Positions 29,214 through 39,494 of a stretch of 64,000 bases of DNA are shown one piece after another; position 1 is the first letter of the stretch, and every line of letters starts with the position of its first letter. The position numbers and the translations under genes are program-made. The notes under the pieces are model-generated. The model made no database searches. It saw only the letters and a list, made by a program, of their open reading frames with translations, and was not told where the DNA came from. This DNA is from an uncultured candidate division Zixibacteria bacterium (GTDB lineage Bacteria; Zixibacteria; MSB-5A5; GN15; FEB-12), in contig CAVTJJ010000003.1 of the NCBI GenBank assembly GCA_963735035.1, positions 384,001 through 448,000 on the forward strand, written 5' to 3'.

Positions 29214-30722
29214 TCAAGGAGCGATGAGGCCGGAGGAAGAAGAGATCTTGGACGCGAAGTCCATCACCGAGGCCGGGAACAGTCCGAACAGAATCACACC
29301 CACCAGACCGATGGCGATGACCAGCAGGGCGGGTGAATTATACGCCATGGTAATCGGCTCGGCCCGTTTGCCGAAATACATGACCTTGATCACATTGGCA
29401 TAGTAGTAAAGCGAGAAAACGGAAGTCAGCAGACCAAGCCCGACCAGCCAGTAGAGCCATTGGAGCCCCGGCTGACCGGCCTGTTTGATCGCCGCCGCAA
29501 AGACGTAGAACTTACCCACAAACCCGGCCAGAGGCGGGATACCGGTCAATGACAGCAGAAATACGGTCATGGCCCCGGCTGTAAACGGCGAAGTTCGGGC
29601 GAGTCCGTCATAGTCGTTTATCTCACAGCTCCCGGTCTGGTCCTCAAACAGAGTGACTATGGCGAAAGCGCCCATGTTGGTGAACAGGTAGGCGAACATG
29701 TAGAAAGCGACCGAAGCCAGTCCTAATTCGTTGAGGGCGAGCATACCGATCATTATATACCCGGCGTGGGCGATCGAGGAATAGGCCAGCATGCGCTTTA
29801 TGTTGGTCTGGCGGATAGCCACGGTGTTGCCAATTATCAATGCGGCCGCAGCCAGCACCCCGACCAGAACGCCCCAGTCGTTCGGGGCCATCAGCGGCTC
29901 ATAGAAGGAGAACAGACCGATTACTACGACGTTTATGAACGCCACTATTCCGGCCGCTTTGGAGCCGACCGACAGGAAGGCAGTCACCGGCGTCGGAGCG
30001 CCCTCGTACACGTCGGGGACCCATTGGTGAAACGGCGGCAGAGCCAGTTTGAAGCCGAGACCGGCGAGAATCGATATGATGGCCAGCAAGAGCATCGCAC
30101 CCATCTGTCCCTGGGTGTAGAGCTGTTTGCTCGCCAGGGCCATCCGCATCTGCATAATATCAGTCGTGCCGCTTAGTCCGTACAGGAACGAGATGCCGTA
30201 GAGCAGCAGCGCCGAGGAGAATGCCCCGACAATCAGGTACTTGATACCCGCTTCGACCGATTTCTTGTCATCCTTGAAGAACGCCGCCAGAACAAACAAC
30301 GGAATGGTGGTCAGTTCCAGGCCAACATACAGCGAAAGCAACTCGCGCGATGACGCCAGGAACATCATGCCGACGGTCGAGAACATGATCAGCCCGAAGA
30401 ATTCGCCGCGATGATTGACAATTTTCGTTTTGGTGATGCCAAACGAACTGCCGATGGTCATGAACGCCGCGCCGAGGAAGATCACTTTGAAGAAGATCGC
30501 CAGCGGGCTGTTGAAGAACATGTTGCCGAAACCGCGTCCGTAGTCCGTAAACGCCAGCACCACTCCGGCCAGAGCGACGGCCGCCATGGCAAGATAGCCG
30601 ACCAGGTTGCCGTTCTTCCGGTGAGTGATGACATCAAACGCCAGCACCACCAGAGCGCCGAGGAATAGAACGATCTCGGGCGCCATCATCACCAGATTGT
30701 ACTCGGGCAGTTGGAACTCCAT
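29214..30722 (-). CDS. nuoN: NADH-quinone oxidoreductase subunit N
   Basis: EAGIKY, GFKLALPPFHQWVPDVYEGAPTP, KRMLAYSSIAH and GIPPLAGF motifs. Confidence 0.95.
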   Translation of the reverse strand: MEFQLPEYNLVMMAPEIVLFLGALVVLAFDVITHRKNGNLVGYLAMAAVALAGVVLAFTDYGRGFGNMFFNSPLAIFFKVIFLGAAFMTIGSSFGITKTKIVNHRGEFFGLIMFSTVGMMFLASSRELLSLYVGLELTTIPLFVLAAFFKDDKKSVEAGIKYLIVGAFSSALLLYGISFLYGLSGTTDIMQMRMALASKQLYTQGQMGAMLLLAIISILAGLGFKLALPPFHQWVPDVYEGAPTPVTAFLSVGSKAAGIVAFINVVVIGLFSFYEPLMAPNDWGVLVGVLAAAALIIGNTVAIRQTNIKRMLAYSSIAHAGYIMIGMLALNELGLASVAFYMFAYLFTNMGAFAIVTLFEDQTGSCEINDYDGLARTSPFTAGAMTVFLLSLTGIPPLAGFVGKFYVFAAAIKQAGQPGLQWLYWLVGLGLLTSVFSLYYYANVIKVMYFGKRAEPITMAYNSPALLVIAIGLVGVILFGLFPASVMDFASKISSSSGLIAP

Positions 30723-30726
30723 CGTC

Positions 30727-32217
30727 TTACCTGGACATCAATGAAATCAGGTTCTGCAAAGTGCTGGTCATGAGCATCGAAAACGGTTTCGGATACATCC
30801 CGATCCAGAGTGTCAACAGCATCAGCGGGGCCACCGTGAGTATTTCTCTCAGATTGATATCGGTCAGGCCGCCCCATTTGGCCTCATCGAACGGGCCAAG
30901 GAATACGCGCTGCACCATTCGCAACAGGTAGGCCGCGCCGAGTAATACGCCCAGAACCGCGCCGCCGACAATCCACTTCTGCGACATCACACTGAACGAA
31001 CCGACGAATATCATGAACTCGGACACGAATCCGGACATACCCGGCAATCCGAGCGAGCCCATCGCGAAAAACACCATCATGGCAGTATAGACCGGCAGCT
31101 TGGCGCCAAGACCACCGAAGGCGGCGATTTCACGCGTGTGGGCGCGGTCATAGAGGACGCCCACCAAAAGGAACAGCGCACCCGTGAGCAGGCCGTGCGA
31201 AATCATCTGGAACATGCATCCTGCAATAGCCTGCTCGGAATTGTAGGCGGCCAAAGCGACCATGCAGAAGCCCATGTGCGAAACCGATGAATACGCCACC
31301 AGCTTCTTGAGGTCCTTCTGCGCCATCGACACCAAGCGCACCGTAGATAATTCCAATCAGACCGAGCAGACCAACGTAGAAAGCCGCGTCGTGCAGGGCC
31401 GCGGGGAACATCGGCCAACTGATGCGCAGCATCGCGTAAGTTCCCATCTTCAACAGTACGCCGGCCAGGATGACCGACACGGCGGTCGGCGCTTCCACGT
31501 GGGCGTCAGGCAACCAGGTGTGGAACGGCCAGACCGGGACTTTGATCGCGAAGGCGATAAAGAAGAAGATGAAGCAGATCATCTGCAGCGTATAGGGCAA
31601 GCATCGAGCCGCGTTGAATGTGCTCGAGGATATTCAGCGTGTGCGGCTCGGTGTAGAAGTACAGAATCAGAATCGAGACCAGCATGAAGATCGAGCCGAA
31701 CAGCGTATAGAGGAAGAACTTGATCGCGGCGTATTCTTTTCGCGGACCGCCCCAGACGCCGATCAGGAAATACATCGGCACCAGCATGATCTCCCAGAAC
31801 ACGTAGAAGAGGAAGAAATCGAGCGCCGACGAATACGCCCATCATGCCGGCTTCGAGCAGCAGGAAGAACGCGAAATACTCTTTTATCCGGTTTTCGATG
31901 TTGAACGAGGCCACGACCGAGATGAGTGACAAGAGTCCGGTGAGCGCCAACAGCGGCACCGAGATGCCGTCGACACCGAGGAAGTACTGCACGTTGAGCG
32001 CCGGGATCCATTCGAACGGACCTTCGACATAGGCCATCGCCGCCGAACCGGAAGAATTGCCGTAGTAGTTCACCAGAAGCCAAAGCGATTGCAGGCAGGG
32101 AATGGCGCTGAAGGCGGTCGCGGTCCAGCGGATCGCCCACTTGTTCTGCTTGGGAAGAAACATGACAACGATCATCCCGAGCAGAGGTACGAGTATCAAC
32201 TGAGTGAGTATGCCCAT
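30727..32217 (-). CDS. nuoM: NADH-quinone oxidoreductase subunit M, with frameshifts near 31825, 31600 and 31340
   Basis: Fragments [44 protein letters not shown] and [15 protein letters not shown] fall in successive frames. Confidence 0.9.
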
Positions 32218-32252
32218 CTATTCGCTAACCTCCAGGTCATCTATCCTATTCG

Positions 32253-34356
32253 TCACGCTTGGCCGCATCGACGCCCGCCGCCTGAGTAGCGGGACGCCGG
32301 GTCGCAATTCCGAGAAGAACGGCGCCCAACAAGAACACCAGGACCATCAGACGGCCACCAGGTGCTCGGCCAGAGTCGCGATATGCCCAAAACCACTATC
32401 ATCGACACAATGAACAGCGCGTAAAATTGTACCGCCCCGGTCTGCAAGTACCGCAGACCCTGGCCGGTCTGGCGGACCACCCAACCGGCGCCGTTGACAG
32501 CACCATCGACTACATAGGTGTCGAACGATCTGCTTCATATCCGACGCAAACATCGTGAACCAGGCGACTCCGTTCACGAAGCCGTCGACAATCCAGATGT
32601 CGAAATTCCACAGGAAGCGGGTCGAACGCCATGAGCGGGCGGATCAATAATGAAATCATACAGCTCGTCGAACTACCACTTGTTGTAAGACAGATGTGTA
32701 CAGCGGCTTGAACGTCGCGGCGATCTTATCGGCGGAAATCGACCTTCTATAATAGATCAGCCAGGCGAGCGTCTATGCCGGCCACAGCCGATCAACAGTC
32801 GAACCAGCATCAGCGGATGATTCCGGCTGAACGTGATACGGTTCGCCGTGATAGACAAAAGTCGAGAACCATCCGTGTCAGCCACTGGTATACCCACCCA
32901 GCCGGCGCAGACCGAAAGCGCCCCCAGAAACATCAGCGGCCAGGTCATGTTGTTCGGGGACTCGTGGGCGTGTTCGTACCGATGATGGTCGCGCGGCTCG
33001 CCGAAGAACGTCAGGAAGCAGAGCCGCCACATGTAGAACGCCGTCATGAACGCGATCAACAGAGTGAATACCATGAAGACCGGATGACCGCACGGTCGCG
33101 GCGACAATTTCATCTTTCGACCAGAATCCGGCCAGCGGGAAAATACCTGCGATAGAGGCCGATGCGATCAGGAAGGTCCAGCCGGTGCGCGGCATCTTCT
33201 TGAGCAAGCCGCCCATTTCCTGGATGTCGTTGGTGTGGACGGCGTGAATCACCGACCCGGCGCCAAGGAACAGCAGTCCCTTGAAGAAGGCGTGGGTCAT
33301 CAGATGGAACGTACCGGCGTAGTATCCGGGCGAATGGTGGCCGTTGGCCGTATCGTAACCATACAGACCGAGCGCCATGATCATATAGCCAAGCTGGCTG
33401 ACGGTCGAGTAGGCGAGCACCCGCTTAATGTCATTTTGTATCAGGGCGATTGAGGCCGCCAGGAACGACGTGATCAAACCAATCGTGGCGACTACCAACG
33501 CGGCATCGGCCGAGCCGACAAACAGGTCCATCGACCGCGCCACCAGGTAGACACCGGCCGCGACCATGGTGGCCGCATGGATCAACGCCGAGACCGGCGT
33601 GGGGCCTTCCATCGCGTCCGGCAACCAGACGTGCAGCGGGAACTGGGCCGACTTCCCTATCGCGCCGCAGAAGACACCCGACTGCGGCGATGACCAGTAT
33701 CTCCGGCGGAATGGCGCCGCCAGAGACCGCTTCGAACACTTCCCGATAGTTGAACGTTCCGACATAGGTGCCGATCAGCAGCAGTCCGACAATGAATCCC
33801 AAATCGCCTATGCGGGTTGTTATGAACGCTTTCTTGCCGGCGTCGGCGGCCGATTTCTTCTCGAACCAGAAACCGATCAACAAATACGAGGTCAGCCCGA
33901 CCAGTTCCCAGAAGATGAAGATCATGAAGAAATTGTTGGCCAACACCAGACCGAGCATCGAGAACAAGAAGAGCGACAGATAAGCGTAGAAGCGGCTGAA
34001 TCGGGCATCGCCGTGCATGTAGCCGAGCGAGTAGATCTGCACACAGCTTCCGACCGTGGTCACCACGACCAGCATGATTGCGGTCAGCGGATCGACCAGA
34101 ATGCCGATTTCGAAATTGACTCTTGGCAAACGAGGTCAGCAGCATGACGCCATTCGTACGGGACAACTTCGCCCCCGTGGGCGCCCATGTATTTCGAAAT
34201 AGTCTCGATCAGAATCCAGACCGACATCAGCCAGGCTGTGACAATCATGGAGATGGCAAAACCGGAAGCCACTTTCTCCCGCCAACGCAGGAAGAAGACG
34301 ATCATCAGGAAGGAGAAGAGCTGCAGCAGGGGTATGAGAAATGCAAATTCAGTCAT
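32253..34356 (-). CDS. nuoL: NADH-quinone oxidoreductase subunit L, with multiple frameshifts (end approximate)
   Basis: Fragments [60 protein letters not shown] and LQTGAVQFY. Confidence 0.9.
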
Positions 34357-34362
34357 CGCACT

Positions 34363-34662
34363 CTACCACTTCATGATCGAATAGTTGTCGGTTTCGATGC
34401 CGCGCCAGTTGCGGTAGACCAGAAGCACAATCGCCAGACCGACGGTTGCTTCGGCGGCCGCCACCACTACTATGAAAATCGCGAACATCTGCCCCACCAG
34501 GCTTTCGGTCGCTACGAATCGGTTGAACGTGACCAGATTGATATTGGCGGCGTTGAACATCAGTTCGAGCGACATGAGAATGCCGATCGTGTTGCGCCGG
34601 GTAATTACGCCGAACAAGCCGATACCGAAAAGCAGCGCGGCCAGCATCAGATAGTATTGCAT
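34363..34662 (-). CDS. nuoK: NADH-quinone oxidoreductase subunit K
   Basis: LMSLELMFNAANIN and VAAAEATVGLAI motifs. Confidence 0.95.
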   Translation of the reverse strand: MQYYLMLAALLFGIGLFGVITRRNTIGILMSLELMFNAANINLVTFNRFVATESLVGQMFAIFIVVVAAAEATVGLAIVLLVYRNWRGIETDNYSIMKW

Positions 34663-35180
34663 CAGGCCCTTTCCTTTCGGGCCAGGACGATCGCACCGAT
34701 CATCGCCGCCAGCAATACAACCGAAATCACTTCAAACGGGAGCATAAACGAAGTCATGAGCATCTTGCCGATCACCATGACGTTGTTGTCGGGAAGCGCC
34801 GCCTGGGCCATCTGCCAGACCTGGGCTTTCGTAGTGACTTTGATCAGGAAGAGCACGCCCACCGCGAAAATCACGCAGGCCAGAAGCGCCATCCCCGCCT
34901 TCTCGTTGGTCATGACGATGCGCTTGGACGCGAGCTGTGAGGTCAGCATGATGGCGAAGACCATCAGAATCGCCACCGCGCCGACATAGATCAAGACCTG
35001 CGCGGCGGCCAGGAACTCAGCCCCAAGCAGGATGAATATCCCGGCGACTCCGGAGAGGCAGATAATCAGAAACATCGCACAGTGGAAGATATTGCGAAGC
35101 GATACCACCATGAATCCGGAGACAAGGACCACAACTGAGAGAATCCAGAAGACAAGGCCCGGCTCGTAGGTCTCAGCCAT
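34662..35180 (-). CDS. nuoJ: NADH-quinone oxidoreductase subunit J
   Basis: AEFLAAAQVLIYVGAVAIL and PFEVISVVLLAAMIGAI motifs. Confidence 0.95.
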   Translation of the reverse strand: MAETYEPGLVFWILSVVVLVSGFMVVSLRNIFHCAMFLIICLSGVAGIFILLGAEFLAAAQVLIYVGAVAILMVFAIMLTSQLASKRIVMTNEKAGMALLACVIFAVGVLFLIKVTTKAQVWQMAQAALPDNNVMVIGKMLMTSFMLPFEVISVVLLAAMIGAIVLARKERA

Positions 35181-35734
35181 TGCTTTCCTCCTGTGGCGGC
35201 AGGGCTTCTTTAGGCGCCGGCGCTACGACGGCAGCGGGTGCGGCCGGAGCCGCAGCGGCGGGTGCGGCTTCTTTCGGCGCTTTCTTCTTGCGCGTATCGA
35301 CATAGTCCACGTCGCGGCCGACTTCCTGAAGCTTCTTCATATCCCAGATCAACTCACCGCTGGTGAGCGTCGAGAATTCGTACTTGGGCGTCATCTTGAT
35401 CGCGCAGAAATTGCAGGCTTCTTCGCACAGACCGCAGAAACAGCAGATGCCGAAATCGATAACGAACGATTTCAATACCCGCTTCTTGTCTTCGCCACGA
35501 GGGGCATCGATGCGAATGGCCGCGGTCGGACAGGCCTGCATGCACAGCAAACATGATGTGCAGTTGAGTTCGCCGGTCTCTTTGTCGGAGAGCAAGACGA
35601 CAATGCCGCGCGACCGCTCCGGCATCGTCCATTTCTGCTTCCGGATACTGGATCGTGATGGCGTGCCGGCCGAGATGCTTGCCGGTGATCTGCATCCCTT
35701 TAATGAGATTGTATATATCTTTCAACACGCCCAT
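35173..35734 (-). CDS. nuoI: NADH-quinone oxidoreductase subunit I, frameshifted near 35635
   Basis: ITIQYPE, then in the other frame two 4Fe-4S motifs CTSCLLCMQACP and CCFCGLCEEAC. Confidence 0.9.
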
Positions 35735-35744
35735 ATCAGCAATC

Positions 35745-36816
35745 CTACCAGTACCATCCCAGATGTTTCATCAGCGCCGCCAGAATCAGGTTGCCGAAAG
35801 TCACCGGCACGAGAAACTTCCAGGCGAACTCCATCAATTGATCGACGCGCAGTCTCGGATAAGTCCAGCGGAACATCATCAAGAGCAGCACGACACAGAG
35901 CGTCTTGCCCAGGAACCAGACCCATGACGGCAGGAACGGTCCGTTCCAGCCGCCGAAGAAAAGCGTCACCGCAATGGCTGACACCGTGAACATATTGACA
36001 AACTCGGCCAGGAAGAACATGGCGAACTTCATCCCGGAGTATTCGACATTGAACCCGGCCACCAGTTCCTGTTCCGCTTCGGGGATGTCAAACGGTGTCC
36101 GGTTGGCTTCGGCGGTGGCGGCTATGATGTAGGTCACGAAGGCGATCGGTCCAAACGGCAGGCGGAAGAAGAACCAGTTGAAGATGGCATGACCTTCCTG
36201 CGCCTGGACTATATCGACCATGGAGAGCGAACCGGCGAAGATCACGACCGTCAGGATCGACACCACCATTGGCACTTCGTACGATACCACCTGCGCCGCC
36301 GAGCGCATGCCGCCCAGCAGCGCATACTTGTTATTCGAACCCCAACCGGCCATCAGAGAGCGAAATGATCGTGAAGGTCGTCACGGCTATGATGTACAGA
36401 ATGCCGATATTGAAATCGGCCACGATCAATCCCTTGCCGAACGGGATACAGATGTAGGCCAGGAAAGCAGCCACGAAACACATCACTGGCGCCCAGAAGA
36501 ACACGAACTTGTCGCGGGCGTCGATGTGGACATCTTCTTTCTGAAGCAACTTGATGGCATCGGCAATGGTCTGATACCAGCCGTGCCAGCCGTTGCGCAT
36601 CGGACCGAATCGCTGCTGGATGTGACCGGCGATCTTCCGCTCCCACCAGACGAGGAACAGAGCCAAAACCGATAGCACGCCGAACATCATGGCGCCGAGA
36701 ACCGTGTAGCTGATGATCGACACCCAGACCGGCGGCAGACCGAGACCTTCGAGCAGACCGGAAGCCCAGCGGAATATATCAATCAATTCCAGAGAAACTA
36801 TCGTCAGCAGCATCAC
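35745..36816 (-). CDS. nuoH: NADH-quinone oxidoreductase subunit H, frameshifted near 36355
   Basis: ERKIAGHIQQRFGP, ADAIKLLQKE, SNNKYALLGGMRSAAQVVSYE, NRTPFDIPEAEQEL and YPRLRVDQ motifs. Confidence 0.92.
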
Positions 36817-37925
36817 CGGTCAACCTCCGGCAAGATGACATCGAATGTGGCAAATATCGCCACCAGATCAGCGATGAGGTATCCCTTGCCCCGAACGACT
36901 TCGGGCAGGAACTGAAGCTGATTATACGAACCACCACGGGCCTTGAGGCGTAACGGCTTTTCGGAACCGTCGGATACCAGATAGACACCCATTTCACCGC
37001 GGGAGTTCTCGATGCGGACGTATACTTCGCCCGCCGGCGGCTTGAATTTCGCTCTGACCTTGGAGCGAATCTCCCCTTCCGGGATACCGTCGAGGGCCTG
37101 TGAGACTATCTTGAGCGACTGCTTGATCTCTTCAATTCGGACCATGAAGCGGTCGTAGTTGTCGCCGTTCTTCGCCACCGCAACTTCGAAGTCAAACTTG
37201 GGATAAATCGAGTACGGATGGTCGCGGCGAAGGTCGAACTTGACACCTGACGCTCTAAGCACCGGTCCGGAAACACCCCAGGCGATGGCTTTCTGCGGGT
37301 CGGCATAGCCGATCCCTTTCATGCGCGCCAGCCAGATCGGGTTTTCGTTGAGAATGCCTTCGTAGTCGGGCAGCTTACTCGTAATGATCTTGATCGCTTC
37401 GCGGCATTTCGGAATAAACTGCGGAGGGATGTCGCGCGAAACACCGCCGACTCTTATATAATTGTAGGTCAGCCGCTGTCCGCAGGTCATCTCGAACAGA
37501 TCCATGATCAGTTCGCGTTCCCGCAGGCCGTACAGGAACGGCGTCAGCGCGCCTGTGTCCATGGCGGTCGTGCCGAAGAAGATCAGGTGCGAGGCAATCC
37601 GGTTAAGCTCGAGCATGATTACCCGAAGGTATTCGGCCCGTTCGGGTACTTCGACCTGACCCAGCTTTTCGGCCGCCAATGAGAAGACATAGTTGCACGA
37701 CATGGCGGTGACATATTCGAACCGGTCCAGAATCGGGATGCACTGCGCGTAGGTTCGGTTCTCGCAAATCTTTTCGATGGAACGATGGAGATATCCGACA
37801 TACGGAACGGCATCGACTACTTTCTCGCCATCCATGGTGAGCAGCAAACGACAGACGCCGTGGGTCGAGGGGTGATGCGGCCCCATGTTGATCTGGTATT
37901 CTTCGGTCCTGAGTTCCGACATCAT
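36813..37925 (-). CDS. nuoD: NADH-quinone oxidoreductase subunit D
   Basis: NMGPHHPSTHGV, GYLHRSIEK, ELNRIASHL and a C-terminal EVDR; no NiFe CxxC pairs. Confidence 0.95.
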   Translation of the reverse strand: MMSELRTEEYQINMGPHHPSTHGVCRLLLTMDGEKVVDAVPYVGYLHRSIEKICENRTYAQCIPILDRFEYVTAMSCNYVFSLAAEKLGQVEVPERAEYLRVIMLELNRIASHLIFFGTTAMDTGALTPFLYGLRERELIMDLFEMTCGQRLTYNYIRVGGVSRDIPPQFIPKCREAIKIITSKLPDYEGILNENPIWLARMKGIGYADPQKAIAWGVSGPVLRASGVKFDLRRDHPYSIYPKFDFEVAVAKNGDNYDRFMVRIEEIKQSLKIVSQALDGIPEGEIRSKVRAKFKPPAGEVYVRIENSRGEMGVYLVSDGSEKPLRLKARGGSYNQLQFLPEVVRGKGYLIADLVAIFATFDVILPEVDR

Positions 37926-38395
37926 GACAACTCCGGCATCCTTATGAAGTCGGGCGCGGTCCAGTTCTTGCGCATGGGATTGCCCTGGTTCCAGTCGTCG
38001 GGCAATAACAGTATTCTCAAGTCGGGGTGGTTCTTCGGATTGATCCCGTACAGCTCCCACATCTCGCGCTCGTACCAGTTGGCCGCTGGCCACACAACGG
38101 TCATCGTATCCACGGCCGGGTTCTCGTATCCGAGAATGACTTTGAAATCCATCCGGAGATGCTGGGTGGTCGAGGCAATCGAATAGACAACTTCCAGCCG
38201 TTGCGTAGTATCAACCCCACACATATTGCAGAGGTAATCGAACTTGAGCTGCGAATCGTCGCGAAGTTTCCTGGCCGTCTCAATCAAGTCATCCGCGCGA
38301 ACTTCGAACATCGGTTCGACCCGTCCGGTGTCCAGAAGGGTCAGTTTGCTGCTGAAATTGGCCTGGATATAAGCCGTCAGTTCCTGTTGCGTCAT
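37922..38395 (-). CDS. nuoC: NADH-quinone oxidoreductase subunit C
   Basis: ANWYEREMWELYGI...HPDLR...PMRK motif. Confidence 0.93.
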   Translation of the reverse strand: MTQQELTAYIQANFSSKLTLLDTGRVEPMFEVRADDLIETARKLRDDSQLKFDYLCNMCGVDTTQRLEVVYSIASTTQHLRMDFKVILGYENPAVDTMTVVWPAANWYEREMWELYGINPKNHPDLRILLLPDDWNQGNPMRKNWTAPDFIRMPELS

Positions 38396-38396
38396 G

Positions 38397-38909
38397 CTAC
38401 TTCTCTTGCCACTCCGACAGCTTCTGCTTCTTGATCTTCTCCTGCAGATGCAGGCACCCTTCCAGGAGCGATTCCGGACGCGGCGGACAGCCGGGTATGT
38501 AGATGTCGACCGGGACGATATGATCGATTCCCTTTTCGACCGAATAGCAGTCGTAATAGAATGGTCCACCCTTGACCGTACAGCCGCCCATGGCGATGAC
38601 ATAGCGCGGCTCGGCCATCTGGTCATACAGCTTGCGCAAGCGCGGGGCCATCTTCTTGGTGATTGTTCCCGCAGCGATGATCAGGTCGGCCTGACGGGGC
38701 GAGGCGCGGAAGATCATACCGAGACGGTCGAAATCGTAGCGCGACGCGCCGGTGCACATCAGCTCGATCGCACAACAGGCGGTGCCAAAAAGCAGGTACC
38801 AGACTGACTTGGCGCGACCGAAATTGAGAACCGCCTCCAGGTTGGTTGCCACGATGGCTCCACCGGGGAGACTTTCTGTATAGATAGGGACTTTCTTGAT
38901 CAGGCCCAT
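38397..38909 (-). CDS. nuoB: NADH-quinone oxidoreductase subunit B
   Basis: [15 protein letters not shown] and [14 protein letters not shown] motifs. Confidence 0.95.
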   Translation of the reverse strand: MGLIKKVPIYTESLPGGAIVATNLEAVLNFGRAKSVWYLLFGTACCAIELMCTGASRYDFDRLGMIFRASPRQADLIIAAGTITKKMAPRLRKLYDQMAEPRYVIAMGGCTVKGGPFYYDCYSVEKGIDHIVPVDIYIPGCPPRPESLLEGCLHLQEKIKKQKLSEWQEK

Positions 38910-39253
38910 TTGAGGACTCCTCTCTTCCAGGCATAGAAAAGGCCGAAAAACAGAATCAGGATAAATACGACCATCTCTACCAAAGCGAACAAACCAAGTT
39001 GACCGAACGCCACAGCCCACGGAAAGAGGAACACCACTTCGACGTCAAAGACGACAAAAATGAGAGCAAATATGTAGAATCCGGGGTTGAATTTGATCCA
39101 GGAATCGCCGATCGGCTCTTCGGCGCATTCGTAGGCTACCCCCTTGGCCGGATACGGGTTACGCGGCCGAATCAGGCTGGCGAGAAAGAAGGTAAACAGG
39201 ACTATTCCTGTTCCAACGAGAACGAATATTAGAACCGAAAGGTATTCAGACAT
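38900..39253 (-). CDS. nuoA: NADH-quinone oxidoreductase subunit A
   Basis: [22 protein letters not shown] and [10 protein letters not shown] motifs. Confidence 0.95.
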   Translation of the reverse strand: MSEYLSVLIFVLVGTGIVLFTFFLASLIRPRNPYPAKGVAYECAEEPIGDSWIKFNPGFYIFALIFVVFDVEVVFLFPWAVAFGQLGLFALVEMVVFILILFFGLFYAWKRGVLKWA

Positions 39254-39291
39254 AACTTGTCGCCTTGCGGATCACACGGGAAAAGCCGTCC

Positions 39292-39309
39292 ATGTGACCC
39301 TTTTCACAA
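39292..39309. promoter_or_regulatory. TGTGA-N6-TCACA palindrome upstream of nuoA (Rex- or CRP-type operator)
   Basis: Minus strand TTGTGAAAAGGGTCACAT, about 40 nt upstream of the nuoA ATG. Confidence 0.6.
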
Positions 39310-39494
39310 TAAGAGAATGGAAGAAAGAGGGAATTCACGACAAGTCAAGAGATATTTCCGAAGCTATGAAATGTCTCCGTAGGCGAGCCCAGCCTCGTCG
39401 CATAGTCGATTGCACGACAACATAATACGCCGGACAGCCTACCGGGCGTCGATATGCCAGGGCTTTTTGATGAGAAGTGCTTTCGTCCCGCCTG

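Noticed and set aside
36813..38909. Group 4 NiFe hydrogenase instead of complex I
   Set aside because: The large subunit lacks the N- and C-terminal CxxC Ni-binding motifs and has the NuoD quinone-site signatures.
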